From IMG/VR virus record IMGVR_UViG_3300045988_183972: a stretch of 64,000 nt of DNA. One strand, 5' to 3'. This DNA is from a virus. Each line of letters starts with the position of its first letter. Within the stretch, counting starts at the first letter, position 1. A program made the translations under genes and the position numbers. A model generated the notes under the pieces. That model did no database searches. It was not told where the DNA came from and was given only the letters and a program-made list of their open reading frames with translations. Positions 10,602 through 20,105 of the stretch are shown piece by piece.

Positions 10602-11468
10602 ATGAGAAAAATAATAAATAATTTTGTACAAATATCTATTCTGTTATGTTTTATTGTAATTTTTAGTTCAAATAAAATAAATGTATATGCTTCAGATGAT
10701 ATTCCAATAGTAACACTTGATGCTGGACACGATAGCTTTCATACAGGAGCAACAGCAAATGAATTATATGAAGAAAAATTAAATTTAATAATTACAAATT
10801 ATTGTAAAGATTATTTAGAAAAACATTCTAATATTATTGTGTATTTATCAAGGGATAATTTTACCTGTCCTTATCCAGACACACCATATAAAGATTGTAA
10901 TTATGAAAGGTTAATAAAAGCAAAAGAAGTAAATACAGACCTTTTTTATAGCATTCATTGTAATTATAGTCCACACGAATATATGAATGGAGCTAGTGTT
11001 ATAATTCCAAATACAAATTTTAAACCATATTTTTATGAAGAAGGAAATATATTAGCAAATATTATAAAAAATAATTATAGTAATTTAATTCCTGTTACAG
11101 AAATATATACAAGAAATTCAGATGAAGATGAAGAAACAATAGATAATTTCTATCCAGATGAAACAAGGGCTGATTATTATAATGTAAATAGAACAAGTAA
11201 ATATAATGATTTTTTAGGAATTATTGTTGAACACGGATTTCTTTCTAATACAAATAATGCAGAAATTTTAAAGAATACAGATATTTTAAAACAAATAGGT
11301 GAAGCTGATGCAAAGTCTATAATAGAGTATTTTAAAAATAAAGGATATGATTGTGAATTAGAATATATAGAACAAAAAACAACACCCGATATTGATAAAG
11401 TAAAAGATTTATTTATAAAAGAAAGATACAAAAAATTCAAATTTTTTATAGAATTTTTAAATAAATAA
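10602..11468 (+). CDS. secreted N-acetylmuramoyl-L-alanine amidase (Amidase_3 family)
   Basis: N-terminal signal-like hydrophobic segment; Amidase_3 signature DAGHDSFHTGATANELYEEKLNL, SIHCNYSPHEYMNGASVII, VEHGFLSN (Zn ligands His/Glu/His and catalytic Glu in correct order). Confidence 0.7.
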   Translation: MRKIINNFVQISILLCFIVIFSSNKINVYASDDIPIVTLDAGHDSFHTGATANELYEEKLNLIITNYCKDYLEKHSNIIVYLSRDNFTCPYPDTPYKDCNYERLIKAKEVNTDLFYSIHCNYSPHEYMNGASVIIPNTNFKPYFYEEGNILANIIKNNYSNLIPVTEIYTRNSDEDEETIDNFYPDETRADYYNVNRTSKYNDFLGIIVEHGFLSNTNNAEILKNTDILKQIGEADAKSIIEYFKNKGYDCELEYIEQKTTPDIDKVKDLFIKERYKKFKFFIEFLNK

Positions 11469-11474
11469 CAACGC

Positions 11475-11506
11475 TTTTTTACACTTAACTACATTATTAT
11501 TATAAA
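11475..11506 (+). promoter_or_regulatory. recurrent promoter-like motif (T-run, ACACTTAACTACATTATTATTATAAA)
   Basis: One of >12 near-identical intergenic motifs (consensus TTTTCACTTTA-N3-ACAyTATTATnnTATA) located after terminators and 30-60 nt upstream of starts. Confidence 0.35.
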
Positions 11507-11530
11507 ACTGTTTAATGGTTTTATATTTTA

Positions 11531-13378
11531 ATGAATAAAGGAGTAAAATATATGAACAAAAATGAGTATGTATCATATTTTTTAGAGGACATTGAGGAAC
11601 TTTTGGTAGATAACGCTAAAAGCTTTTATAATATTAGTGCAGCTAAGACATATGATGATGACAAAAGTCCAATATTATTAGTAGGTTATCCTAATTCTGC
11701 AATGAGAGCATATGAAATCCCATATATAAAAAGAGATATTAAAAATGCTAATGATTATAGAGATATTTTAACAATTTATAGAGATAAAATAAGAGATTTA
11801 AAAACAAATATTATTCTTGATATAGAAAATTATGAAAATACTCTTGATAATATTAATAATTTTAGGAATACTCCAACAAATGTAGAAAATACAGAAATAG
11901 CAGAGGAAATTCCTAGAACAAGATTACATTCAGATGAATATTATGAGGAGTACGATACAGATTATTATTCTGAATTTATTGATACAGTAAAAGATTGGAT
12001 TAGAGATTATGAAGTAGAACATAATTGTCATATTGATGATGGTGATTATGGAGCATTGTATAATGATTACAATAATAATGATGATAGCTTTTTAGAAACT
12101 ATGCTTAGTAATCTTGATAAATTTAATATAACTTATAATACTGTTTCAGAAGATAGGCAGGAAGAATTTGATAATGCTGTTCAGGACTTAACAAGTACAG
12201 AGGAACAGGAGAGTGAAAATCCTTTAGATACTGATGAAAGAATAGTTCTTAATCATACAGAAGATTATTATGAAGACTTTGACCCTTATGATTTTGAAGA
12301 ATTTAAGGATGTTGTAAATGATTATATTGAAGATTACAATAAAACAGTTAGTGAAGACAAAAAAGTTCAGAGAGAATCTATTAGTGAATTTATATTAGAA
12401 GACCTTTATGAAAATGATTATTTAGATGAGCCATTAAGCTTTTATCATTCTTTTTTAGAAGTTATGGAAGATAATATTGGAAAAATTGATTTTGAAGCAA
12501 TAGAAAGACATAATTTAATTCCAGATGAAAATGAATATATACCTCATCATACAAGAGATTATTATGAAGATTATGATACAGATTATTTAGATGAATTCAT
12601 TGAAACAGCTAAAGAATGGATTGAAGATTATGAGCATCTAAATAGTGTGACTATAATAATAGATGATGAGGAATTTGAAGACTTAAATGCTATTTATCAG
12701 GATAATGATTATAGTTTTAATGCAACAATGCTTGATAATATGGGTAAAGTATTCTATGTTATTAATCATCCAGAAGAATATTATAATAGATTAGATGGAC
12801 TTATTAGCAATAAAGAACATTTTGAAAAAAATGCTAAGGAATGGATTAATGATAATTTTAAATACTTAGTTATTTTGTCTAAATCTGATATAGATAATAT
12901 AGATTATAGTGAGATATATAATAATTATTGTAATAATGGTATATCATTTGTTGATACAATGCTTAATAGTATGATTAATTATGATTATTTGATAGAAGAC
13001 CCAAGAGAAGGTATGGTCTTTACTCAACCTATTAGCCATATTGTAACACAGCAAAATACTATAAATGAAACTGTAAGCACAAATAGAAGAACTCCACAAG
13101 AGCTTAGAGAACTTTATAATCAGGCAAAAGATTTTGAAAATGTAAGAAATAATCTTGAAAAATTCTTACTAACAGATGAAGATAGAACTAATAATAATAT
13201 TTATGAAAATTCTGACGGGTTTGGTTATAGAATTATTTTTGATGATAATACTAAATTAAAAGTACCTAAGTCTATGATTACTAAATGGATAGATGATTAT
13301 GGTATTGATTATATTGAAGAAAACTTGTTTAATAAGTCATTTGAATGTCAAGATAATGACGAAATATCTTTAGATTAA
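11531..13378 (+). CDS. highly acidic protein with three internal ~30-aa repeats (candidate DNA mimic / anti-restriction-like)
   Basis: 615 aa, D/E/Y-rich; repeats SDEYYEEYDTDYYSEFIDTVKDWIRDYE (nt ~11930-12025), TEDYYEDFDPYDFEEFKDVVNDYIEDY (~12258-12345), TRDYYEDYDTDYLDEFIETAKEWIEDYE (~12551-12645). Confidence 0.5.
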   Translation: MNKGVKYMNKNEYVSYFLEDIEELLVDNAKSFYNISAAKTYDDDKSPILLVGYPNSAMRAYEIPYIKRDIKNANDYRDILTIYRDKIRDLKTNIILDIENYENTLDNINNFRNTPTNVENTEIAEEIPRTRLHSDEYYEEYDTDYYSEFIDTVKDWIRDYEVEHNCHIDDGDYGALYNDYNNNDDSFLETMLSNLDKFNITYNTVSEDRQEEFDNAVQDLTSTEEQESENPLDTDERIVLNHTEDYYEDFDPYDFEEFKDVVNDYIEDYNKTVSEDKKVQRESISEFILEDLYENDYLDEPLSFYHSFLEVMEDNIGKIDFEAIERHNLIPDENEYIPHHTRDYYEDYDTDYLDEFIETAKEWIEDYEHLNSVTIIIDDEEFEDLNAIYQDNDYSFNATMLDNMGKVFYVINHPEEYYNRLDGLISNKEHFEKNAKEWINDNFKYLVILSKSDIDNIDYSEIYNNYCNNGISFVDTMLNSMINYDYLIEDPREGMVFTQPISHIVTQQNTINETVSTNRRTPQELRELYNQAKDFENVRNNLEKFLLTDEDRTNNNIYENSDGFGYRIIFDDNTKLKVPKSMITKWIDDYGIDYIEENLFNKSFECQDNDEISLD

Positions 13379-13459
13379 AAAATAATAATATAAAGTCCTT
13401 TAAAGTAATAATAATTGCATTATTTTAAAGGGCTTATATTTATATATAGTACAATAATA

Positions 13460-13514
13460 AATCGAACATCTGTTGGGTGTCGAAATTGACTAAACTAGGA
13501 AAGAAATTTTTAGG
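13460..13514 (+). repeat. copy 1 of a conserved ~50-nt motif (TCGAAC..GTGyCGAAAnTGACTAAACTAGnAAAnAAnTTTTTAGG)
   Basis: Near-identical core shared with 29684-29740 and 58168-58218, all in + orientation; GC-richer than surroundings. Confidence 0.5.
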
Positions 13515-13554
13515 TATTTAATCAATAAAAAGACAGATTATAAGGAGAGAAAAT

Positions 13555-14325
13555 ATGTATTGGGAAAATATAGAAGAACAAGTATGGAATAATGCTGGTT
13601 TTGTAAATAGTAAAAAAATACAAGAGATTAGAAGTAAACAATTTAAAAATCCTGTTATTTATGTTGATATGGATGGTACATTGTTTCAATGGAATAGATT
13701 AAAAAGTAAAGAATACCCAGATGGTGTTACTTTAGAAATGGTTTATTCACCTGGTTATTTTAGAAATTTAAAACCTAATTTAGGTATTTTAGAATTAGTA
13801 AATGCTTTACACGATAAAGGATATGATATAAAGATAGCATCTAAATCTAGTTATACAGCTATAAAAGAAAAATATGATAGCTTAATGGAATATTTACCTT
13901 TTTTAAACAAAAATGATATTTATTTTATTCCTTTAAATGCAAATAAGTCAGATTTTCTTCCAAATATAAAATCTAATGATATTTTAATAGATGACTATAA
14001 TCCTAATTTAGATGAATTTAAAGGAAGTGTTATAAAATGTGTTACAGATATTAATACAATAAATCCTAAATACCCTTGGATTAAAAATAATGCTCCAGTT
14101 TATAAAAATATAGATAAAATAACTTGGACTTTAATAAGAGAATGGAAGTTTTCACAAAATTCAGAAAATCCTTTAAACCTTACAGATTTAAAATACATTT
14201 TTGATAAAAGTGTTATGTCTTTTGAAGATTTTTATAATATATGTAATGGTTTTAATATTAATTTAGATGAGTTTGCTTTTTTAAAAACAAAAAATGAAAA
14301 AGATGAAGAAGAAATAGAAATATAA
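13555..14325 (+). CDS. HAD-superfamily 5'(3')-deoxyribonucleotidase-like protein
   Basis: VIYVDMDGTLFQW (HAD motif I DxDGT), later LIDD (motif IV-like); RBS AAGGAGAGAAAAT. Confidence 0.5.
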   Translation: MYWENIEEQVWNNAGFVNSKKIQEIRSKQFKNPVIYVDMDGTLFQWNRLKSKEYPDGVTLEMVYSPGYFRNLKPNLGILELVNALHDKGYDIKIASKSSYTAIKEKYDSLMEYLPFLNKNDIYFIPLNANKSDFLPNIKSNDILIDDYNPNLDEFKGSVIKCVTDINTINPKYPWIKNNAPVYKNIDKITWTLIREWKFSQNSENPLNLTDLKYIFDKSVMSFEDFYNICNGFNINLDEFAFLKTKNEKDEEEIEI

Positions 14326-14351
14326 AATAACAAAATATATAATTTGATTTT

Positions 14352-14392
14352 TAAGTAAGAAATTTTATAAAATTTCTTACTTTTTTTATACA
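14352..14392 (+). terminator. hairpin terminator
   Basis: gtaagaaatttt ataa aatttcttac perfect inverted repeat followed by ttttttt. Confidence 0.5.
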
Positions 14393-14501
14393 TTTTTTTA
14401 ATGAATTTGTCTTACATTTTCGCATTATTATTATAAATAAAAATTTAGAAAAATAGGAATGTCATTTGACACTACCATAATAAATTAGGAGATATAAAAA
14501 T

Positions 14502-14717
14502 ATGACAAAAACAGAAGCGGTTATTCTTGGTATTGATATTTATGATGTTTGTAAGAAAAGTAAGAATGAAACAGAAGCAATAAATAAAATCATTAATTTA
14601 TTAAAACAAGAGAAATTAATAAAAATAGATAAAGAAAATCTTTATGAATGTAAAGGACAAATGAGTATAACAGATTATCCAGAATATTTACCAGATGGTT
14701 ATGAAATGGATAGATAA
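14502..14717 (+). CDS. hypothetical small protein (71 aa)
   Basis: ORF with AGGAGAT RBS. Confidence 0.35.
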   Translation: MTKTEAVILGIDIYDVCKKSKNETEAINKIINLLKQEKLIKIDKENLYECKGQMSITDYPEYLPDGYEMDR

Positions 14718-14728
14718 GGAAGGTAAAA

Positions 14729-15826
14729 ATGGGGAAAATAATATACACAAATATAAATGAGATTAATAGTAAAATAAAAAATATGACATATAGTTGTTGC
14801 GTTGGTAATTATATTTCGGATAGCTGGAATAATATAATATGTGCTTACGCTAAAAATGATAATAATATTCCTGTTAATTGGCTTAATGATTTAAGACGTA
14901 TTAATAATATTTTAGAAAATAGTATTTTAGAAAAAATGTTAGAAGATAAACATAGTTGTGGTTTATATGAGAAATGTAAAGATGATAAAAATAAACTGTT
15001 AGGAGTAATTTATCATAATTTTTTATATATGCCTATAAACAAAGAGGATACATATTATATTGAAACAATTTGTAAGAATAATAAATTAAATACAGCAGAA
15101 GACATTGAAATGAAAGAGTACAAATGGAAAGATATAGAATTAAGTCTTAAAGTGTTAGATGATTTTAAGGAATATGGTTTTAATATTGATTTGGCTCAAA
15201 AATATTATAATTTAAAAGGTAAAGATAAAAACTTACTTATTAAAATATTAGATAGTAAAACAATAAGATATAGTAAGAATAACAAACCATATATAAATAA
15301 TGTTAAATTATATAAGGTTATTTATGAATGTATAAATAAGAATGAATTAGAATTAGCTGTCTCTGTAAAAGATAGTTTTAATAAATTACATTTTCTGCCT
15401 AATTACATTAAAAAAGATAGTAAAGATTATATGGCAGACATATCTTTTATAACAAGTAATGTTTATGATAAAATATCACACTTTTATGGAGAAAATGGAA
15501 AGCAAATCTTTTTTGATAATATTAAATTTAATACATTTTTAGAACAATTTAGCCCTTATTATTTTGAAAATCCTATAACTAAGGAAAGAACATATTTACC
15601 TATAACAAAAGATATTAATACGAATAAGTTTATTACTTTTAATGAGTTAAATGAAATAATTAAGGAAAATTTCTACATTAAAAGATATAGTAAAGATTTT
15701 AAACATTACGAATGTGTACATAATTTAGAAGATATTATTGATATTGATATAAATGATTATATAGATTTAAAAGGATATTCTTATTATAAAGACAAAGAAA
15801 AAATAGATTATGAATTAGATAAGTAA
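14729..15826 (+). CDS. hypothetical protein (365 aa)
   Basis: ORF with GGAAGG RBS, tightly following previous gene. Confidence 0.45.
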   Translation: MGKIIYTNINEINSKIKNMTYSCCVGNYISDSWNNIICAYAKNDNNIPVNWLNDLRRINNILENSILEKMLEDKHSCGLYEKCKDDKNKLLGVIYHNFLYMPINKEDTYYIETICKNNKLNTAEDIEMKEYKWKDIELSLKVLDDFKEYGFNIDLAQKYYNLKGKDKNLLIKILDSKTIRYSKNNKPYINNVKLYKVIYECINKNELELAVSVKDSFNKLHFLPNYIKKDSKDYMADISFITSNVYDKISHFYGENGKQIFFDNIKFNTFLEQFSPYYFENPITKERTYLPITKDINTNKFITFNELNEIIKENFYIKRYSKDFKHYECVHNLEDIIDIDINDYIDLKGYSYYKDKEKIDYELDK

Positions 15827-15835
15827 TGATAAAAG

Positions 15836-15870
15836 GTAGTCTATATAATAGATTACCTTTACTTTTTGTA
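15836..15870 (+). terminator. hairpin terminator
   Basis: aaaggtagtctat ataa tagattaccttt inverted repeat then ctttttg. Confidence 0.35.
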
Positions 15871-15944
15871 ATAAATAGGATTATAATACAAACATTAAAA
15901 GTTTTTAGATAAAGTCGTAAATATTAAATTAAGGAGAGTGAATT

Positions 15945-17474
15945 ATGTTATTTAAAAAAAGAAATAGAGGTTATTATGAACATTTAAAAGGCTTATATGA
16001 AGAGTCAGATGAAGCCTTAAAGGAAAGAAAAAGAAAAGAAGAAGAGCAATTAAAAAAGTTAGAACTATATGGACTTAGTGCAAAACCACCAGAACCAGAA
16101 AAATTTAAGCCAAAGTATTTTGATATGCCTAAAAGTATAGCTTGTAATTTTAATCCTAATAATTTTGCTATTGATTATTGGAGAAATATTGAAAAAGAAA
16201 AATTTGATGACCAAGCTTATGGGTTAATTGAAGACAAATTTATGGGAGATGCAGCTTATATTTCTGCGGATTATATAAAAGATGCAATATATTACATAAT
16301 TAAAACGTATTGGCTTCGTCCTAAAGTAGCCAAGAAATATAAAAAAGAAATAGAATGGGCTAATTATTTTATTTCTGAAGATTTACCTCGTGTTTTAAAT
16401 AACCAGCATATGTATGTAGACCATTTAAATAAAGAAATTTATGCGGCAGATATAAATACTATCTATGAAGAAATGGAACGTAGGTTTAGGTATAATCCAA
16501 TTTTAATTCCTAAAGATAGAAATGTAATAGATGATACCTATGAACATAAGGCTTTTTACAACAAATGTATTTTTAAAGATTATGTAAATCTTCAAAAATA
16601 TAATGGTTATGACCCATATTATTTTGATTACATCAAATTTGGATATTCTATTGAAACAGCATTTATGCTTTTAAAAGATGCAGGAAGATATGGTTATGAC
16701 CCAGGTCTTCAGGGAGTATATCTTGAAAGTGATTTAAGAGCTATATTAAGATATAGAGATACATTAAAAATAACCAAAGAAGAATTCTTAGCTTTAGATG
16801 ATTTAGGTAAATCTCTTGTAATGAGAGCTGCAATAGAAAGTGATATAGGGTTATTTATGTTTCCTGCACCAATAAAAATAGAATACGAAAAAGCGAAAAT
16901 ATGGTTGTATAATGAATATGCGAATACAATTAAAAAAGGTCGTAGAAAAATTAATGAAGAAATGTATTTAGAAGAGATATTTGAAACAAATTTTGGAGAA
17001 AATCCTATGATTTCAGACCTCATACATCCTATTTTTTATTATGATGAAAATAATCATTTTAAAGAACTGCCAGGTTATTTTTTCCAAGATAAAGAAGGAA
17101 ATATTGATAAACGAAGTTTTACTACATTAGCGGAGATGAATTATGAAACAGCAAATACTATGGTATTTGTTCCAAAACCAAATTATGAAGATATAAAAGA
17201 GCCTGGTGTTAGTAAAAAAATAGGTACTCATATATGTGAAATGGAAAAAGATAAGCCAGTTAATACAGGAAAAGTATTTTCTATTAAGGATTTTTTTAAT
17301 TATGAAAGATTATATGAAGACTTGATGTATTATTACAATGATAAATTTAGAAAAGAAAAAGGAACAAATTACAAAGGTATAAAATGTCCTTCAGTAAAAA
17401 TGACAAAAGAAGATGGTTATAAGGAAACTGACAACCAATATGGAAAAGTATTAGATTTGGATTTAAGATTATAA
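15945..17474 (+). CDS. hypothetical protein (509 aa)
   Basis: ORF with AAGGAGAG RBS; no recognisable catalytic motif. Confidence 0.45.
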   Translation: MLFKKRNRGYYEHLKGLYEESDEALKERKRKEEEQLKKLELYGLSAKPPEPEKFKPKYFDMPKSIACNFNPNNFAIDYWRNIEKEKFDDQAYGLIEDKFMGDAAYISADYIKDAIYYIIKTYWLRPKVAKKYKKEIEWANYFISEDLPRVLNNQHMYVDHLNKEIYAADINTIYEEMERRFRYNPILIPKDRNVIDDTYEHKAFYNKCIFKDYVNLQKYNGYDPYYFDYIKFGYSIETAFMLLKDAGRYGYDPGLQGVYLESDLRAILRYRDTLKITKEEFLALDDLGKSLVMRAAIESDIGLFMFPAPIKIEYEKAKIWLYNEYANTIKKGRRKINEEMYLEEIFETNFGENPMISDLIHPIFYYDENNHFKELPGYFFQDKEGNIDKRSFTTLAEMNYETANTMVFVPKPNYEDIKEPGVSKKIGTHICEMEKDKPVNTGKVFSIKDFFNYERLYEDLMYYYNDKFRKEKGTNYKGIKCPSVKMTKEDGYKETDNQYGKVLDLDLRL

Positions 17475-17601
17475 AATTAATCAAATTATAGTTAAAACAT
17501 AAAAAAAGTAATAAAAAATTGTAAATACTAAACAAAAAATATTATATTCTGTTAAAAATATTTATAATATTTTCACAAAAGCTATTGATTTTCCTTCATA
17601 T

Positions 17602-18018
17602 ATGTTATATTATAACACCACAAAATATTTGTTAAAATATGGAAAAGAGGTAGGAAATATGGCTTCAAAAAAAAGGGACATTTATAATTTAAAATCCATA
17701 AAAGATGAATTAAATTCCTACAATAGTGACGTTTGTAATTTAGTGGAAAAGGAACAAACTATTGTAAATAAGGCATTTTTTTATTTTTTAGAAGAGTACA
17801 GAAGAGAAGATTTTATTTCTGAATTAGAAAGGACAAAATACAGCAGACTTGAACTTAATGAACTTAAAACACTCTTTAGTATGTATAATGAAGATAATTT
17901 CGATTTAAATACAGTAAGGAAGTTAGTAAGAGCTGTAAACCACATAGATGAAGCAAATAAGTATGAAAAGGAATGTGGAGATACTCTATTTAAAAAGATA
18001 GGAAGTAAAGGTTTTTAG
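17602..18018 (+). CDS. hypothetical protein (138 aa)
   Basis: ORF; start uncertain (internal ATG at MASKKRD has GAGGTAGGAAAT RBS). Confidence 0.35.
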   Translation: MLYYNTTKYLLKYGKEVGNMASKKRDIYNLKSIKDELNSYNSDVCNLVEKEQTIVNKAFFYFLEEYRREDFISELERTKYSRLELNELKTLFSMYNEDNFDLNTVRKLVRAVNHIDEANKYEKECGDTLFKKIGSKGF

Positions 18019-18057
18019 GAATAAAGTTGTAGAAAGGTCATATAAAAAGGCTAAAAT

Positions 18058-18414
18058 ATGATGAATGAGTTAAATATATATATAAAGTTTGATTACGAAA
18101 AGTTCTTAACAAAGGTAAACAATTATTTTAATGATAATGACATAGATAGAAAGGAGTATAGACGGACAGTATTTGCCCCAGAAGATAAAGGGTATGTGAT
18201 TTCAATAAACAGAAATAATATTTATATTACTTATTTTAATGAAGAAGGACTTAATATCGTAAATCAATTTATTAATGAGAATATCGTGAACCAAGTAATA
18301 ATATTACAATATAATAACCAAGTAGATGAAGTAATAATAAACCTAAAAAATAGAAATACTGTTATAAAAGAAGAGTGTAGTAATAGTAAAATACTAATAA
18401 GTTCAGGTGTATAA
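18058..18414 (+). CDS. hypothetical protein (118 aa)
   Basis: ORF, AAAAGGCTAAAAT upstream. Confidence 0.35.
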   Translation: MMNELNIYIKFDYEKFLTKVNNYFNDNDIDRKEYRRTVFAPEDKGYVISINRNNIYITYFNEEGLNIVNQFINENIVNQVIILQYNNQVDEVIINLKNRNTVIKEECSNSKILISSGV

Positions 18415-18431
18415 ACATAGCGGAGCATAAT

Positions 18432-18839
18432 ATGGATAATAAACAAAATAAAAATCCAATAAATTTATATGATATTTCTGAAATAGCAATCTTTATAATT
18501 ATAGTTTTTTTAATATTTATCCGTATATTTTGCAGAGATAAAGACTATACTTGGAGATGGGTTGTAAATTTCATAGGGATGATGATTTCTTTTATCAATT
18601 TATTTATAAATCGTATTAATTCAAAAGATGCAGAAAAAGAAAAGAGAATAATACAATCATTAGAAGGATTAATTTTTTGTTTATTATTTTTAGTCATATT
18701 TTTTATTTTTGTAGCATATTTTAACAAAATTGTATATTCAGATACATTTAATGATGTTATTACATTGTTGGCTGTATTATTTAGTATTGGTAATAAAATA
18801 TGGAATGTTATATTTAGTATAATTGAAGAATATATATAA
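18432..18839 (+). CDS. hypothetical multi-TM membrane protein
   Basis: Four hydrophobic segments (IAIFIIIVFLIFIRIF; VVNFIGMMISFINLFI; LIFCLLFLVIFFIFVAYF; VITLLAVLFSIGN). Confidence 0.4.
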   Translation: MDNKQNKNPINLYDISEIAIFIIIVFLIFIRIFCRDKDYTWRWVVNFIGMMISFINLFINRINSKDAEKEKRIIQSLEGLIFCLLFLVIFFIFVAYFNKIVYSDTFNDVITLLAVLFSIGNKIWNVIFSIIEEYI

Positions 18840-18855
18840 GATAGGAAAACATAAA

Positions 18856-19518
18856 ATGAAGATATTTAGTAAAAGATATACGGTATATGGTAAATTTTCA
18901 AAAATAAAATCATCACCTGCTTGTACAGAAAAAATATTTAATGTATTAAATAAAGATGATTTTTTACCATTTAATATTCAGGTTTTTCAAATAAACAAAG
19001 ACAAAGACCAAATTGTAAAAACATTACAACCAGGCTTTGTAAATAAAGAGAAAAATATAGAAATAACATTTATGCCTGATAAAATTGAAATAACAATAAA
19101 AAATAATTTTAGTGATATGCTTCCTATGGTTATTAATTATATTAATCAATTTAGTGAAATTTTTAATATAAAAATAGAAACTTTTTCACTAGAAACAGTT
19201 TTACAGTTAAGAAATATTGATTTAAATTTAAGCAACTCAATAAAAAACAAAATAATACCTTCTAATTCATTATTTTATGAAGCAGATGATATAGTATGGC
19301 AAGTTGCACATAAAAAGAAAATACACAAACAGGATAATGACATTATTATGTCTGAAAGAATAAATTGTTCAGAAGAAAGTGAAAGTTTAGCTAAGATAGA
19401 ATATGATATAATTATGAATGTCAAGAAAAATAAAGATATATCAAATGAAGAACATCTTAAAGAATTAGATAGTATGACAAATACAAATATTTCTGATATA
19501 GAAAGGGTGTTAGGATAG
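18856..19518 (+). CDS. hypothetical protein
   Basis: Start placed at in-frame ATG 18856 (MKIFSKRY) to avoid overlap; ORF continues to 19518. Confidence 0.35.
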   Translation: MKIFSKRYTVYGKFSKIKSSPACTEKIFNVLNKDDFLPFNIQVFQINKDKDQIVKTLQPGFVNKEKNIEITFMPDKIEITIKNNFSDMLPMVINYINQFSEIFNIKIETFSLETVLQLRNIDLNLSNSIKNKIIPSNSLFYEADDIVWQVAHKKKIHKQDNDIIMSERINCSEESESLAKIEYDIIMNVKKNKDISNEEHLKELDSMTNTNISDIERVLG

Positions 19519-20105
19519 TGATTTATATTTCAGAAGGTGACTTAAAAGTTATAAAGCCTACAGATATAATATTTTGTAGAAAACCAGATAAAGACTTAGA
19601 AAAATATTATATTTCTGTAGAAGAAAATGAGAAATTAACTATTATTTTTGAAAGAGCTGCACAAGAGATAATATCTTCTTTAAATTGGAATGATTTAAAG
19701 ATAGGTGAGATTAATGAAATGGAAAATATTGTTCGTGAATTAATCTCAGCTACATCATATTCAAAGGTATTAGAATGGTTAAATCGTTTATATTTAGAGT
19801 ATAATGAAAATAACTTATTCTTATGCACATTATTTCATACATTATCACATATGGATTATGATGATATATACCCTACAGCACCAACAATGGCAATGTCAGC
19901 ATTAAATAATAATAATGATATTGTTGTTAGATATGCCGTTAAAGCTTTTTCAAATTGGAACTCAAAAGATTGTATTAAATATATGCGTAATAATACGCCT
20001 AAACAAGATTGGGTTAGAAAAGAATGGCAACAAGTAATAGACTATATAAAAATAAATGGTGATGAAGTAGATGAGTTACTTAATAAGGATGATTGGTCAG
20101 AATAA
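19518..20105 (+). CDS. hypothetical protein (195 aa)
   Basis: ORF overlapping stop of previous gene (ATAGTGA), operon-like coupling. Confidence 0.4.
   Translation: MIYISEGDLKVIKPTDIIFCRKPDKDLEKYYISVEENEKLTIIFERAAQEIISSLNWNDLKIGEINEMENIVRELISATSYSKVLEWLNRLYLEYNENNLFLCTLFHTLSHMDYDDIYPTAPTMAMSALNNNNDIVVRYAVKAFSNWNSKDCIKYMRNNTPKQDWVRKEWQQVIDYIKINGDEVDELLNKDDWSE

Noticed and set aside
13478-13520. Reading the 50-nt motif copies as C-terminal coding fragments (all translate to V(S/P)K.TKL.K...)
   Set aside because: Copies 1 and 2 share an indel and substitutions at first and second codon positions. Copies 1 and 2 run straight into stop codons. DNA-level conservation explains the peptide similarity.
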